Positions 53,801-64,000 of a stretch of 64,000 bases of DNA are shown here, piece by piece. The notes beneath the pieces were generated by a model. It was not told the DNA's origin, ran no database searches, and saw only the letters and a list, made by a program, of their open reading frames with translations. Position numbers and translations under genes: made by a program. The stretch covers positions 372,001 through 436,000 of the forward strand of contig CM035356.1 in assembly GCA_020137815.1 (NCBI GenBank), in the 5' to 3' direction. Numbering within the stretch: the stretch's first letter is position 1; the number at the start of each line of letters is the position of its first letter. This DNA is from Hormiphora californensis. Lineage: Eukaryota > Animalia > Ctenophora.

Positions 53801-56800
53801 TTATCTGAGCAATAACATCAATCAGGGGGGATCTCTACCGGAACAAATCAATTAATTTAAACTAATCAATATGAGTAACTCGAATTAATTTTCTGGAATA
53901 TCATTCTTGGGGGGGGGGTCCAGCCCTAAAAAAAGCTAAGCTAACGGCCAAAATCAGGGTACCTTTAGCTTTTTTTAGCTTTTTTTAGCTTTTTTTAGCT
54001 TTTTTTAGCCTTTTTTAGCTTTTTTTAGCTTTTTTTAGCTTTATTTAGCTTTTTTAAGGCTAAAAAAAGCTAAAAAAAGCTAAAAAAAAGCTAAAATTGA
54101 GTTTTTAGTGGATTCATATAGGTTCGAATCCCGCTGACACCAAATTTTTTAAACTTTTATTATAACGTTTTATAACGTTTTTTGAACTTTTTTAAAACTA
54201 TTTTTATCAAATTTGAATAATATTTTTATCGAAAAAATGTCTCCAGAAAATGGCAGTAGGGGTGGATACAGAAATTGCTATGTATGGACATAAACGGTAG
54301 ATTATGGTAAACAATGTGCAGGAAATGAACAAATGCAGTCAATAGACGTCCGGAAGGATGAAAATTTAATGGAAAAGTGTCAAGATGAATGCTGAAAAAA
54401 CATAAAAATTAGGGCTAAAAAAGCTTAAAAAAGCTAAAAAAAGCTAAAATAAAAAACGCTATCGACCAAAATCAGGGTACCTTTAGCTTTTTTTAGGGCT
54501 GGACCCCCCCCCCCATTCTTACGGTTCAGGAGGATCTTGATGGGTTCTGGAGTTGTTTCAGGTATGTGGAGGGTCAGGGCCCCAGTAGCAAGTTTATACT
54601 GTATTGCTGCCAGCTCGGTCAGGTGGGAAAATGGGATCTCCCCTGTTAACATTTCCCAAACTACAACACCGTAACTGAGTGAATAGAAGAGTGGGTGAAT
54701 AGAAGAGTGGGTGGATAGAAGAGCGGGTGAATAGAAGATATCTAGTGGGTGAATAGAAGAGTGGGTGAATAGAAGAGTGGGTGAATAGAAGAGCGGGTGA
54801 ATAGAAGAGATCTAGTGGGTGAATAGAAGAGCGGGTGAATAGAAGAGTGGGTGAATAGAAGAGCGGGTGAATAGAAGAGTGGGTGAATAGAAGAGATCTA
54901 GTGGTTTTTATTAACGGGAATTCTTTATGTATTTCCCCTAGACCATTCTTCGATGCAGTGTGGGGAAATGTGGTAAACAATCCACACCTTACCTCCAAAC
55001 ATCGCTAGCCTTGCTGGTTTGAGATTCTCGTATAACTTCGGGAGCTAACCATCTGACAGTACCCACAATTCGGGATAACTCAACCGTCTTCTCCATAGTT
55101 CTGGCAGTACCAAAATCTAGGGTGGTATCTGTTAGTTTCTACTTGTGGTCTTATGGGGGGATATAGTGTACCTGATATCTTGAGAGTCAACTTAGTCATA
55201 TCACAATCCGGAGTAATCCTCTGGGCCAGTAGAACTGAAGAAAAGAACATTGGTGTGAAGTTGCACCATAAATTGAGAAAATAGTAATCATTCTATCACA
55301 AAAAGGCGTGACATTGCCCAACTCCGATATGAAGTTCATATCAATAATTCTTCATGTTGATCAGTGAGACCACGCGCGCAGCACAATTACTGACATTAGG
55401 TGCTTTCATAGGAGTGCCGCGCGGTAAACTAGTAACACACCATTTCCACTTTTTAGATCTCGGTGGATCAGATCCCGCTTGTGTATGTATTCCATCCCTG
55501 ATGCAATCTGCTTTGCCCAGTTAACAATAACACCTATAAAGAGAGAATGGGTGATAATAATAGTGGAACAATTACAAGGGAGGGGGTAGAATGAGGAAGA
55601 CAAGGAATCACGGAAGTAGACACAACACATGTAATTATTATAATGCCCCCTCTCCCTTAGCCCTACCCAATTATCATTATTATTGCCCCTCTTTGTGTCT
55701 GCCTTACCTGCACTTAACCCATATTGTCGAAGAACGTTCTGTAACGATCCACCATCGGCATACTCCAAAACTAAACACAACGTTTTATCAGGCTTTACTC
55801 CCAGCTGAAAAGTTGAAAACATGAGTATTGATGATTGGCTAATGTAAATCGAGCAGCACGATATTACAAGGCCTGACAACCAATAATCTCTATTATAATT
55901 TGGAGATGTCGCGTCGAAGTGGCCGTTCGTTAGGCGGTATCTAAGCGACAGACTGCTCCTTCATAAAACACTTCAATGTGCCCAAAGCTGAAAAGCTGTT
56001 GCTCACACTTTTGGAACTTCCAGTGGAAGTTTGTTAATATTTTCGAATGACTTTCAACATGCCAGTCCCCATAGTTATCAATTCAGTTGCCATGGCAACC
56101 GTGTTATTGACGTGGAAAGGGGCGAAAAGAACCACCCGGCGAAGCCGGGTGGGTTATCATAAAGCCCTTACTTGAGGCGCACCCAATGGGTGCGCTAGTA
56201 ATAATATATTTCAAGAGGTTACCCCGTAGAGAGAGGTGATATTTTCATGTTTCAGGGTGTGGATGGTATGTGCTTCCAGTAAGAATTCTTCAAAACTGTC
56301 CTTTCCAGTGATCCCCCGGGCCTCTTTTAGCGCTACCTGGGAGGGTGATATTACTTGTAACAGTTGTGTCTGTTGACAAGGTCGCATATCTGACTCCCCA
56401 GGGAGAAGAGAGACAGGAATATCAATTAATTTTCGATTAACTGCCTCTCTCTCTCTCTGCCATGTCCGTCCCGGCTTCTTTTGCATTCCATCTCTCTCAC
56501 TATCTGTCCCTTCTCACTATTTACCTGCATCTCTTTCTAATGTCTCTCTATCTCTCTATATCGGCCGTAACATACACAACAACTTTTGCATATATCCCTC
56601 ATAACTACTTGCAATATATCACACATCTACATAGAGTGCATGTCTGCAATATCTATTACCTATCTGGCATCCCAACCTTGTATTTTACCATTATCACTCA
56701 TTCTCTTTCTCTCTTTCTCTTGAGATCGCCTATCAAAGAACCCCTTGGGAAGGATATACGATACCGCTTCCCACCTACTCTAAATTGTCGTTAAATGACG

Positions 56801-57127
56801 CAAGTACTCTCCATATTACACTCTTGCTCGGCCCCCTCTCTCCCCTCTAGGTTTCAACCCCATGTTTTACGTACCGATTTTCCCTGGTAGGATCCTTTGT
56901 AGACCTTTCCAGAGGCACCAGTGCCCAGGAGATAACCCAGCTTCAACTCACTCATTGCAATGCTAGGTATTTTGGGGTTTTCTGTGACATAGTTGTGGGG
57001 AAACAACCCGATTAGATTGGTGGGAGGCCTACTGGAGTCCGCGAGCTTGAAAATCTTCCCATAGTACCAACCGTTATCCCCACACAGCTGGGAGTCGGTC
57101 GAGTAGATCTGGATCTGTAAGGGGAGA

Positions 57128-57187
<60 letters not shown>

Positions 57188-57462
57188 TATCTGAAGGATT
57201 GCCAGAAACACGCAACGTGTGCGTAAGCCCACGAAATCAGATTGAAGTATGCTTGGACAAAAATAGAAGCAAACAAAAATAACCCGTCTCTCTCTTCCCT
57301 CCTCTCTTCTCTCACTCTACCTTCAATTCCCCTATCATCCTTACCAGATCACCCTTCCGGAGGCACAACTCGTCAGGGAATTTCGGCTCATAGTTATGGA
57401 TAACAGTAGGCGAGCCGGTGAGAGGCCGGAGCGGCAGGACTTTTTCCAGAACTGCCAGTCAT
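50833..57462 (-). CDS. Mixed-lineage kinase (MAP3K9/10/11-like): SH3, kinase, leucine zipper, CRIB, low-complexity tail
   Basis: SH3 ([21 protein letters not shown]|[19 protein letters not shown]...GLFPHNYV); [12 protein letters not shown]; VALKE; [12 protein letters not shown]; [23 protein letters not shown]; DFG; [11 protein letters not shown]...[20 protein letters not shown]; EWQDEL zipper; [16 protein letters not shown]. One apparent frameshift in exon 1 (near 57410). Confidence 0.9.
51892..51990 (-). repeat. 33-bp tandem triplication containing an MLK 3' splice site
   Basis: Minus-strand unit GATTATTGTAACAATTATTTCCAG|GACTCGG x3. Confidence 0.9.
52496..53019. mobile_element. Harbinger/Tourist-like foldback MITE with TGCAATTGCACCC repeats, in an MLK intron
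   Basis: TTA|GGGCCTTTCTTAACGAG ... CTCGTTAAGAAAGGCCC|TAA, with inverted internal arms. Confidence 0.8.
53909..54514. mobile_element. Poly-G/poly-C-terminated MITE with AAAAAAAGCT repeats, in an MLK intron
   Basis: ATTCTT|G-run TCCAGCCCTAAAAAAAGCTA ... TAGCTTTTTTTAGGGCTGGA C-run|ATTCTT. Confidence 0.8.
54676..54900. repeat. 16-bp minisatellite (GAGTGGGTGAATAGAA)n abutting an MLK 3' splice site
   Basis: Direct reading. On the minus strand the array ends ...TTCTATTCACTCAG|TTACGG. Confidence 0.9.
55887..56198 (+). mobile_element. Short non-autonomous Helitron-like element in an MLK intron
   Basis: 5' A|TCTCTATTATAAT. 3' GC-rich hairpins (ACCCGGC-GAA-GCCGGGT; GCGCACC..GGTGCGC) followed by CTAG|T. 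No TSD. Confidence 0.55.
57132..57183. repeat. (GA)n microsatellite forming the polypyrimidine tract of MLK intron 1
   Basis: Direct reading. Confidence 0.9.
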
Positions 57463-57835
57463 ATTTCTCACCGCTCATCCCCTTCTCACATCCCCTTGCT
57501 CCATGAATCGAGAGGGAGAGGGTGTATTTGTGGGTAGCTAGACGGGTTCTTGCCTGCAGCTATTACATGGAAAGTTAAGGTTAGGTGTCGCGGAAAATGG
57601 GTTTGAATCACAGATTGTCTGAATTCTGATTAAAGAATGATGTAGAATAGAGCTTGCTGTATAAAATCAATTAAAAATACGACACATTTATTTAGCCCAA
57701 ACAAATCAAAAACAGATGTAAATGAGAATATAAGCTCACTAAAAAAAATTCGAGTAGCACCAGGTCAGAGGCCCATTGGTCTGCTTCAATTTATAGTCTC
57801 TCGCCCACCACTGCACAGCAGCAAAGTACTCCCTT

Positions 57836-59410
57836 CTATTGCAAAGTTTTATAGTTCTGTATCAGAAGCTTCTTTCCTACTTTCCCCATGTGATTCCGGG
57901 GTAATTCCTTAACCAGGATGAACTCTTTTGGAATTTTATAGGGAGAAAATCTGTCTTTACACCATTTCCTAATGTCCAAAGAATTCACGGCGTCTTGTGA
58001 TGTCACATCACTCTCAATAATCGCTACAACCCGCTGCCCCCAGGTCTCATCCTCTATCCCGATAACAGCAACATCACTTATATTGGGGTGGTCCATCAGT
58101 AGTCTCTCAATCTCTAGAGCACTCAGTTTATATCCCCCACTCTTGATCACATCTTGACTGGTCCTACCGAGAATCTTAAAACTTCGTCCCTCGTGGATCT
58201 CAGCCGTGTCTCCTGTTTTAAACCACCCGTCACCAGTAAACGACTCATCGGTAGCTGGTTTGTTATTGTAATACTCACTGAAGAGTGTCTCTCCTCGGAT
58301 CTGTATCTCCCCCGTCTCACCAGGGGTGTGTGAGGTGATAGTCCCATCTGCCGCCTCCCCCACCACCTCACCACCCTCTGACATTAACCTAACCTGAACC
58401 CCACTAAAGGGGACCCCGATACACCCAGGGGTTCTATCTGACACAGGTTCGTAAGGGTTACTAATGACAAGCCCTACCTCTGTCATACCATACCGCTCCA
58501 GCAAGCGGTGCCCTGATATCTCATTCCACCGGTTACTAACAGATTCACGGAGAGCAGCTGATCCGCTAACCATTAACCGTAATCGGGCCATTTCATCCCT
58601 GACTACCCTCCCTCCCATTTCCTTATCATAATGCTCAATCAGCCGGCTGTACTGGGTCGGTACCCCGTAGTACATCGAGGGAGGGTCCTCCGATAGAAAC
58701 TCCTCCCACACTTCCCCCGGATTAAACTTAGGTCTCATGTCGACAGTCCCACCCTGACTAAGAACACTGAAGATCCCCAAAATACCGTGAACATGGTAAA
58801 GAGGAAGGGTATGTAGGATGCTATCATTTTCAGTTATCCTCCACCCATTAACAAGGGCATCTGTCCACTGTTTGAAGGCACCAAACCCAGATAGGACGCC
58901 CTTTGGTTTCCCTGTTGTACCGCTAGTGTATACCATGACACCCCCAATCATATCATCGTATGACACGGTCGGTGTTGTATCCTCGGTGCCATCCAAACAA
59001 ATCGTGGAGATCCCCTCTGCAAACATGTCATCTGTCTCAGGAGTGGTGATCACCACACTCGCCTCACTGTTGTTTAACAGGTACTCCAACTCACTCTCAC
59101 TGGCCTTGTGATTCAGGGGCACTGGGACGCAGTTAGCATGCATTACACCCATCATAGCGGCAGGGAACTGGACACATGATGGGAGGACTAGGGCAACACG
59201 AGATCCCCTAATACACTGGGCCCGGACACAATCCGACACAATAGAGGTTAGGGAGGAGAGGCGTTCAAAGGTGTGTGTTCCAGCAGTGTCTTTAATGGCT
59301 GTCTTGGTTTGGTCGATGTTGGGAATGAGATACCGCGGTCCTGACAGACACCTCAAGGAGAGGAGGGTTGGGGACCGGCATCTGGAGAAAACCCGGGAAA
59401 GTGTTATCAT
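57836..59410 (-). CDS. ACSF3: Acyl-CoA synthetase family member 3 (malonyl/methylmalonyl-CoA synthetase), intronless, with a probable mitochondrial presequence
   Basis: YTSGTTGKPKG, LPLYHVHG, RLMVSGSAAL, GHRLLERYGMTE, WFKTGD, ILGRTSQDVIKSGGYKLSALEIERLL, LPRNHMGKV. The ATG at 59410 begins an Arg/Ser/Leu-rich leader. Confidence 0.9.
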   Translation of the reverse strand: MITLSRVFSRCRSPTLLSLRCLSGPRYLIPNIDQTKTAIKDTAGTHTFERLSSLTSIVSDCVRAQCIRGSRVALVLPSCVQFPAAMMGVMHANCVPVPLNHKASESELEYLLNNSEASVVITTPETDDMFAEGISTICLDGTEDTTPTVSYDDMIGGVMVYTSGTTGKPKGVLSGFGAFKQWTDALVNGWRITENDSILHTLPLYHVHGILGIFSVLSQGGTVDMRPKFNPGEVWEEFLSEDPPSMYYGVPTQYSRLIEHYDKEMGGRVVRDEMARLRLMVSGSAALRESVSNRWNEISGHRLLERYGMTEVGLVISNPYEPVSDRTPGCIGVPFSGVQVRLMSEGGEVVGEAADGTITSHTPGETGEIQIRGETLFSEYYNNKPATDESFTGDGWFKTGDTAEIHEGRSFKILGRTSQDVIKSGGYKLSALEIERLLMDHPNISDVAVIGIEDETWGQRVVAIIESDVTSQDAVNSLDIRKWCKDRFSPYKIPKEFILVKELPRNHMGKVGKKLLIQNYKTLQ

Positions 59411-60387
59411 GTGACTAAAAGAGGTTTTAGAAGAACAAGGGATATTAGGGCATTGAAGAGGGGGTTGGAACAGTGGAGGGGACATTGCACATACTAGGCT
59501 CTCCTCCAATTCTTGTGTGTGTTACAGATAAACAATAAACAGTAGTATTGTAGGGAGACAGTACAATACACCATGTGTTATATCACATCTCTTAACATGG
59601 GGGGATGGTAAATACTCATGTAGAAGTGCTATCGATAGCTCCATGTAGAAGAAGAAGCGATATCTGTGAGATCTGGGTAGTAAACCCATACATGTACAAG
59701 TGAGATCTATCTAAAGAAACGACGTGTGTATGTTTGCGCAATACATTTTACAGGAACTTCTTAGTCCTTACTTAGTGCGTGTCTCAACTCTCATGAATAC
59801 GCAGAGTACAGGGGCGTAGCTGCTTAACTCATTTCACGCTAAGACGTGAGGCGGATGCAATATATTACAGACACTGTCTAGACACGAGAACAACACGCCT
59901 GTATGAATGCATCTCTCTCCCTCTCTCTATCAACTCACTATGTCCCCTCTTTGTACTTCTCTAGACACAGGAGAACGCCTGTAAATTCATACTCACTTTT
60001 CTCTCTGTAAACATTCATTCTGTCTCACTCTCTCCCTCAATTTTCAATGAGGTCTATTTAGGAGTTAGTTAGCTATGGTACATGATCAAGGTTAATCACA
60101 AGAAATACAAAGAGAAAGTGAGAGCGGAGACTACGGTCGGCTAAGAGCCAAACAACAAGTACCTAGTACAGTATGGGACAGACAAGAGGGATAGCTAATT
60201 GACTCCCTCTCCCTCTCTAGCACACAATCACCTGCCAGGCTCCACCAGTCTGACTCACTTTACCACACAGAGAGAGAGAGGAAGGAGAGCGAGACTACTA
60301 GATGTGGTAAATTGTGAGTGTAAAAAGGTTATGTCATGAGCAGTTTTAGTTTCCATCTGCTGCACGTATAATGGATCATTTGGAGCG

Positions 60388-60391
<4 letters not shown>

Positions 60392-60460
<69 letters not shown>
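60392..60460. repeat. (GA)n microsatellite
   Basis: Direct reading. Confidence 0.95.
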
Positions 60461-60464
<4 letters not shown>

Positions 60465-60664
60465 CGAGACACAGAGAGAGTCCGAGGAGAAATGAGGTAA
60501 ATAATATATGCAGTGGAGGAGAGAAAAGAGAAATCCATTAACAAATATTAAAATGCAAAGAGAAACAGTGTACATAAAAGCTGTTGAAACAGAAATAAAT
60601 TACTGGTAATAAATACACACATCCCATTTTAAAGTGGTCAACATTCTCCCCCTCCTAAACACTC

Positions 60665-61566
60665 TCACTTGGCACGTTGCTTCTTCCATCTGTAGCTCAC
60701 ATTGCCAGAATCCTCGTCAACTTCTTTGAAAACTTGGCCCTTAGCAGCCGCTATGTTCTTGTACACCTGTAGTTTATTATTATAGATCATGTTGGTAGCG
60801 ATTATACAGGGAGGCATTCGATATCGACACTTCGTGACTTTACCAGAGAGAGACAAATAGGCAACACGGAAATGATAGATTGAGTATAATTACTAACAAT
60901 TGATAACAATTTACTCTACAAGCACCGTTTGAAAATATCTGTGCCAGATTGACATAATGAAGAATTAAAGCATATGAAATTTACCTGGAGTTTATTAGAG
61001 GCTCGTTCCAGGGTCTGCAACCTCTTTATTCTCGTCTGTAACACATTATACTGGACCTTCTTAGCTCTCCCAAGCGCCTTTTTCGTGGCAGAATCAACAG
61101 CTGGAGCGTCTGGCAATTTTTCAAGATTTTCCAAATCGATATCCTCTGAATCCGAATCAACAAAAACAGTGTGAGTGTTAACTTTTTCTCCCATCGTGTC
61201 ATGTAAAACCTCCTTCAACTTGGATATTTTATTTCTCTCAGCCTGGAGTTTGAGATTAATATAATTAGCGTCCTGGGTCTTCAGTAGCATTACCGTCTCA
61301 TGGTCTAGAGTGTTGTCTTTATGAATCTCATGTTTTCCGTCCACAACCCTGCTCTTGATCATGCCCCTGTAAAACTCATCAGGATTCTTCTCATCTGCTA
61401 CACCCTTCAACTGTTTGATTATCTTCTTCTTCTTGTTGAAATCCCTGGCACGGACAACATAATCCTTGTGCTTTTCAAGAAGACCAAATTTCTTCCTGTG
61501 TGCAGGCTGGCTCCTTTCCCGGTGAGTTCTCCGTTGGGCCTGAGCCGCGTTCTTAAACGAAGACAT
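60665..61566 (-). CDS. UTP11: U3 snoRNP-associated protein 11 (two exons: 61566-60985, 60766-60665)
   Basis: MSSFKNA...RTHRERSQPAHRKKFGLLEKHKDYVVRARDF...KNPDEFY...LLKTQDANYI and the C-terminal YRWKKQRAK. Confidence 0.93.
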
Positions 61567-61782
61567 TCTAACTGCTTTGGAAATACAGACATTAGCAATT
61601 GAGGATGAAAACATAATCGCCAATATTGAACATTGGTCACTTGATAAAATCAAGTCTCAAGATATAACTTGTCGTGTGACCGTATGCGCACCGACGCTAA
61701 CCGATGACAGAGCACAAAGGTTTAAGCGGCGGGGCCTCCTTCGAACCGCCCACGCTAAAACACAACAAATTGTACATAGGGA

Positions 61783-62876
61783 TTAGGGACAGCGAACAAG
61801 CCGCTTGAAGAAGGTACCAGTACTGCACGCTTCTCGGTAAACTAACATCGTCAGTTTCAGCCAAACAAAAATGTTTTCATAGGTCAAATTAGCATCGTCA
61901 ATAGCCTGATGAGTTCCAAAAGCTCTTAGGGCGGACTGTTCGTATCGTCTGCATTTCAGAGTAGCCCCTGAGAGCAGTGGAAAAACGAAAACTGAGAGAG
62001 CGAAAGTACAAAAATAAAGGAACACGTGTGCGGGTGTACCATAGGTATATTGTGTTAGGACATGGAGAAAAGAGGTAGAGACACAATAAAGAATGGCTGC
62101 ATAATTCTCCACTCCTGGTACACCACGCACGTCCCTAGCGATTTATAAAAGTAAACACATAATGGGGGGGGGGGCCAAGGCCAAAAAAAGCCAGATCAAT
62201 CCCGGATTTTAGGGCGGGTCTGGCTTTTTTTGGCTTTTTTTGGCCCTACTTTTTTGGTCATTTTGGCATGTAATTCTGACATTATATGGTCTGTTTGACA
62301 TTAAAAACACTTTAAAATGGCTTCTTTGATCTAGTTTTACCATTTTATATCGTTAGGGGAAAAAATTTTATACCGAAAAAAGTTTGATATAAAAAAAGCC
62401 AGATCAAAAAAAGCCAAAAAAAGCCAGATCAAAAAAAGCCAAAAAAAGCCAGATCAAAAAAAGCCAGATCAAAAAAAGCCAGATCAAAAAAAGCCAAAAA
62501 AAGCCAGATCAAAACTGCTAAATAAAAAAAGCCAGATCAAAAAAAGCCAAAAAAAGCCAAAAAAGGCCAATAAAAGCCAAAAAAGGCCAAAAAAAAGCCA
62601 GATCAAAAAAGGCCAGATCAAAAAAAAGCCAAAAAAAGCCAGATCAAAAAAAGCCAAAAAAAGCCAGATCAAAAAAAGCCAAAAAAAGCCAGATCAGACC
62701 CGGATTTCAGGGCGGGTTTGGCTTTTTTTGGCCTTGGCCCCCCCCATAATAAATTACGTCATTCTGAAATCAACTTCGCTCGGCATAAATGGTACCACAC
62801 GCCTCTTAGTGCCCCTCAATGCTACTAAGGTTGATCTCAACAGGCTAAATCTGAGCTTTTGTCTTATAAAAGACAT
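61783..62876 (-). CDS. Small (about 156 aa) orphan putative membrane protein, two exons (62876-62758, 62134-61783)
   Basis: A phase-2 GT-AG splice joins MSFIRQKLRFSLLRSTLVALRGTKRR... to hydrophobic segments (YAAILYCVSTSFLHVL; VFLYFCTFALSVFVFPLL). No family recognised. Confidence 0.5.
62164..62745. mobile_element. Poly-G/poly-C-terminated MITE with AAAAAAAGCC(AGATC) repeats, intronic
   Basis: ATAAT|G-run CCAAGGCCAAAAAAAGCC ... GGCTTTTTTTGGCCTTGG C-run|ATAAT. Confidence 0.8.
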
Positions 62877-63309
62877 CGTCTCACTGAGTACTTCTTGGTG
62901 CTTGGAGCAGATTTTGTGTCCAATGCATTCCAGAACTCGAGAGAGCGAAAGTTTGGCCTATGCTACAGAAGCCGTGGAAAACGCGCGCACTTGGGGTCTG
63001 CAGCGCATGCCAAAGCGAAAGTGAGAAAAAAGTTTTTGTAAATCAAAATATTTCAGATCTTGTCCGCAGCGCGCGCCGCAAAATTTTTGAAATTGTATCC
63101 GCGCGGCGCTAAGAAGCAGCGAACAATCAATATATTCGCCCATGGTGGGAGCTTGTCTCACGGAGCGGCAAGACAGAAACAAAAGTCAATGTTTTTAGTA
63201 AAACGGGGAAAGAAATGCAGAACAAGTGTGCTCTGCACAACACTCATACAGTATACACCGATGTAGACAAATAAACACACTCGCAGCAATAAGGAGTCTC
63301 TTCAACACT

Positions 63310-63990
63310 TTAAGAAAACAGAGTTTCTGTGATCATTGGCCAGAATATTGCAATTGCGATAAATAGCGATACAGCGTTGTAGAAGTTCAGTGCTTTTTGA
63401 ATAAAAATAATTGATATCGGTAGATTATTACATAAAAATGTGTCTCGTTGATCGTTTACCATCTGAATCCTCCACCAGCACCTCCACCTTGTCGGGGGTC
63501 TGCTGCCACACCTCCTCCTCCTCCTGGGGAAAGAAGAAACATTAATAAAGTAAAGAACTCTATCGACATACAGACCAGATCCCATATAAGATCGTGTTGT
63601 TCCAAAATCCAAATGGTTAATCGAGTTATTCCAAATGGAAGCCTGCTTACTCAACAAAACCCTGTAGCAATGGTTTACCTGATAGGAGTGCAGCCCGTCC
63701 GTAAGTCTCAGGCTGTTGTGGTTGTTGCTGGCTCATTACATCGTACCCAGTATAGTCCAGGGGCCTACTCTGCAGTTCAAGCTGGACACGTGAGGCACCT
63801 AAATAATTGGGGTGTTAGGGTTGTGTTTTAGAGGTGTGAGGCAGGTGAGAAACCACCCATAGTAGGGGCCACTCAAAATACCAATAATTACCAACTCACT
63901 GACCCACTGACTAGCACAGATTGGTGAAAACCACCCTTGTTTACCACAGACCCGGCAACAACTGCCCAACAAAACGGACAAACAACAACC
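63310..63990 (-). CDS. Probable 3' exons of an unidentified gene entering from the right edge (possible hydrophobic C-terminal tail)
   Basis: GT-AG-bounded segments near 63798-63679 and 63523-63460, and a terminal ALNFYNAVSLFIAIAIFWPMITETLFS*. The reading frame is not resolved. Confidence 0.3.
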
Positions 63991-64000
63991 CTATATACAG

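Overview
AT-rich (GA)n-rich invertebrate animal genomic DNA with compact, spliced genes. A ctenophore-like or other non-bilaterian origin is my inference only. Protein-coding genes, reconstructed by hand from GT-AG exons: a Nova/pasilla KH-domain splicing factor (-, running off the left edge, with three candidate alternative first exons); a giant LRR-FN3-cadherin-EGF-TSP3-TSP-C 'mega-thrombospondin' (+, 9465-22599, with several apparent frameshifts); a previously unannotated multi-exon gene whose core resembles the IRF association (IAD/SMAD-MH2-like) domain but has no recognisable DNA-binding domain (-, about 23971-34159); a Ser/Pro-rich protein with a C-terminal BESS-like motif; a mixed-lineage kinase (SH3-kinase-zipper-CRIB); an intronless ACSF3; UTP11; a small orphan membrane protein; and a partial gene at the right edge. 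Mobile DNA is abundant. It includes a 5'-truncated CRE-like non-LTR retroelement whose target-site duplication supplies an in-frame ATG, many foldback/MITE elements (one nested in another), a poly-G/poly-C-ended MITE family inserted next to 5' splice sites, and a short Helitron-like element. The most unusual pattern is tandem repeats that straddle splice junctions in four different genes, including a putative intron made entirely of a 19-bp repeat. All gene models are manual and not validated by transcripts.
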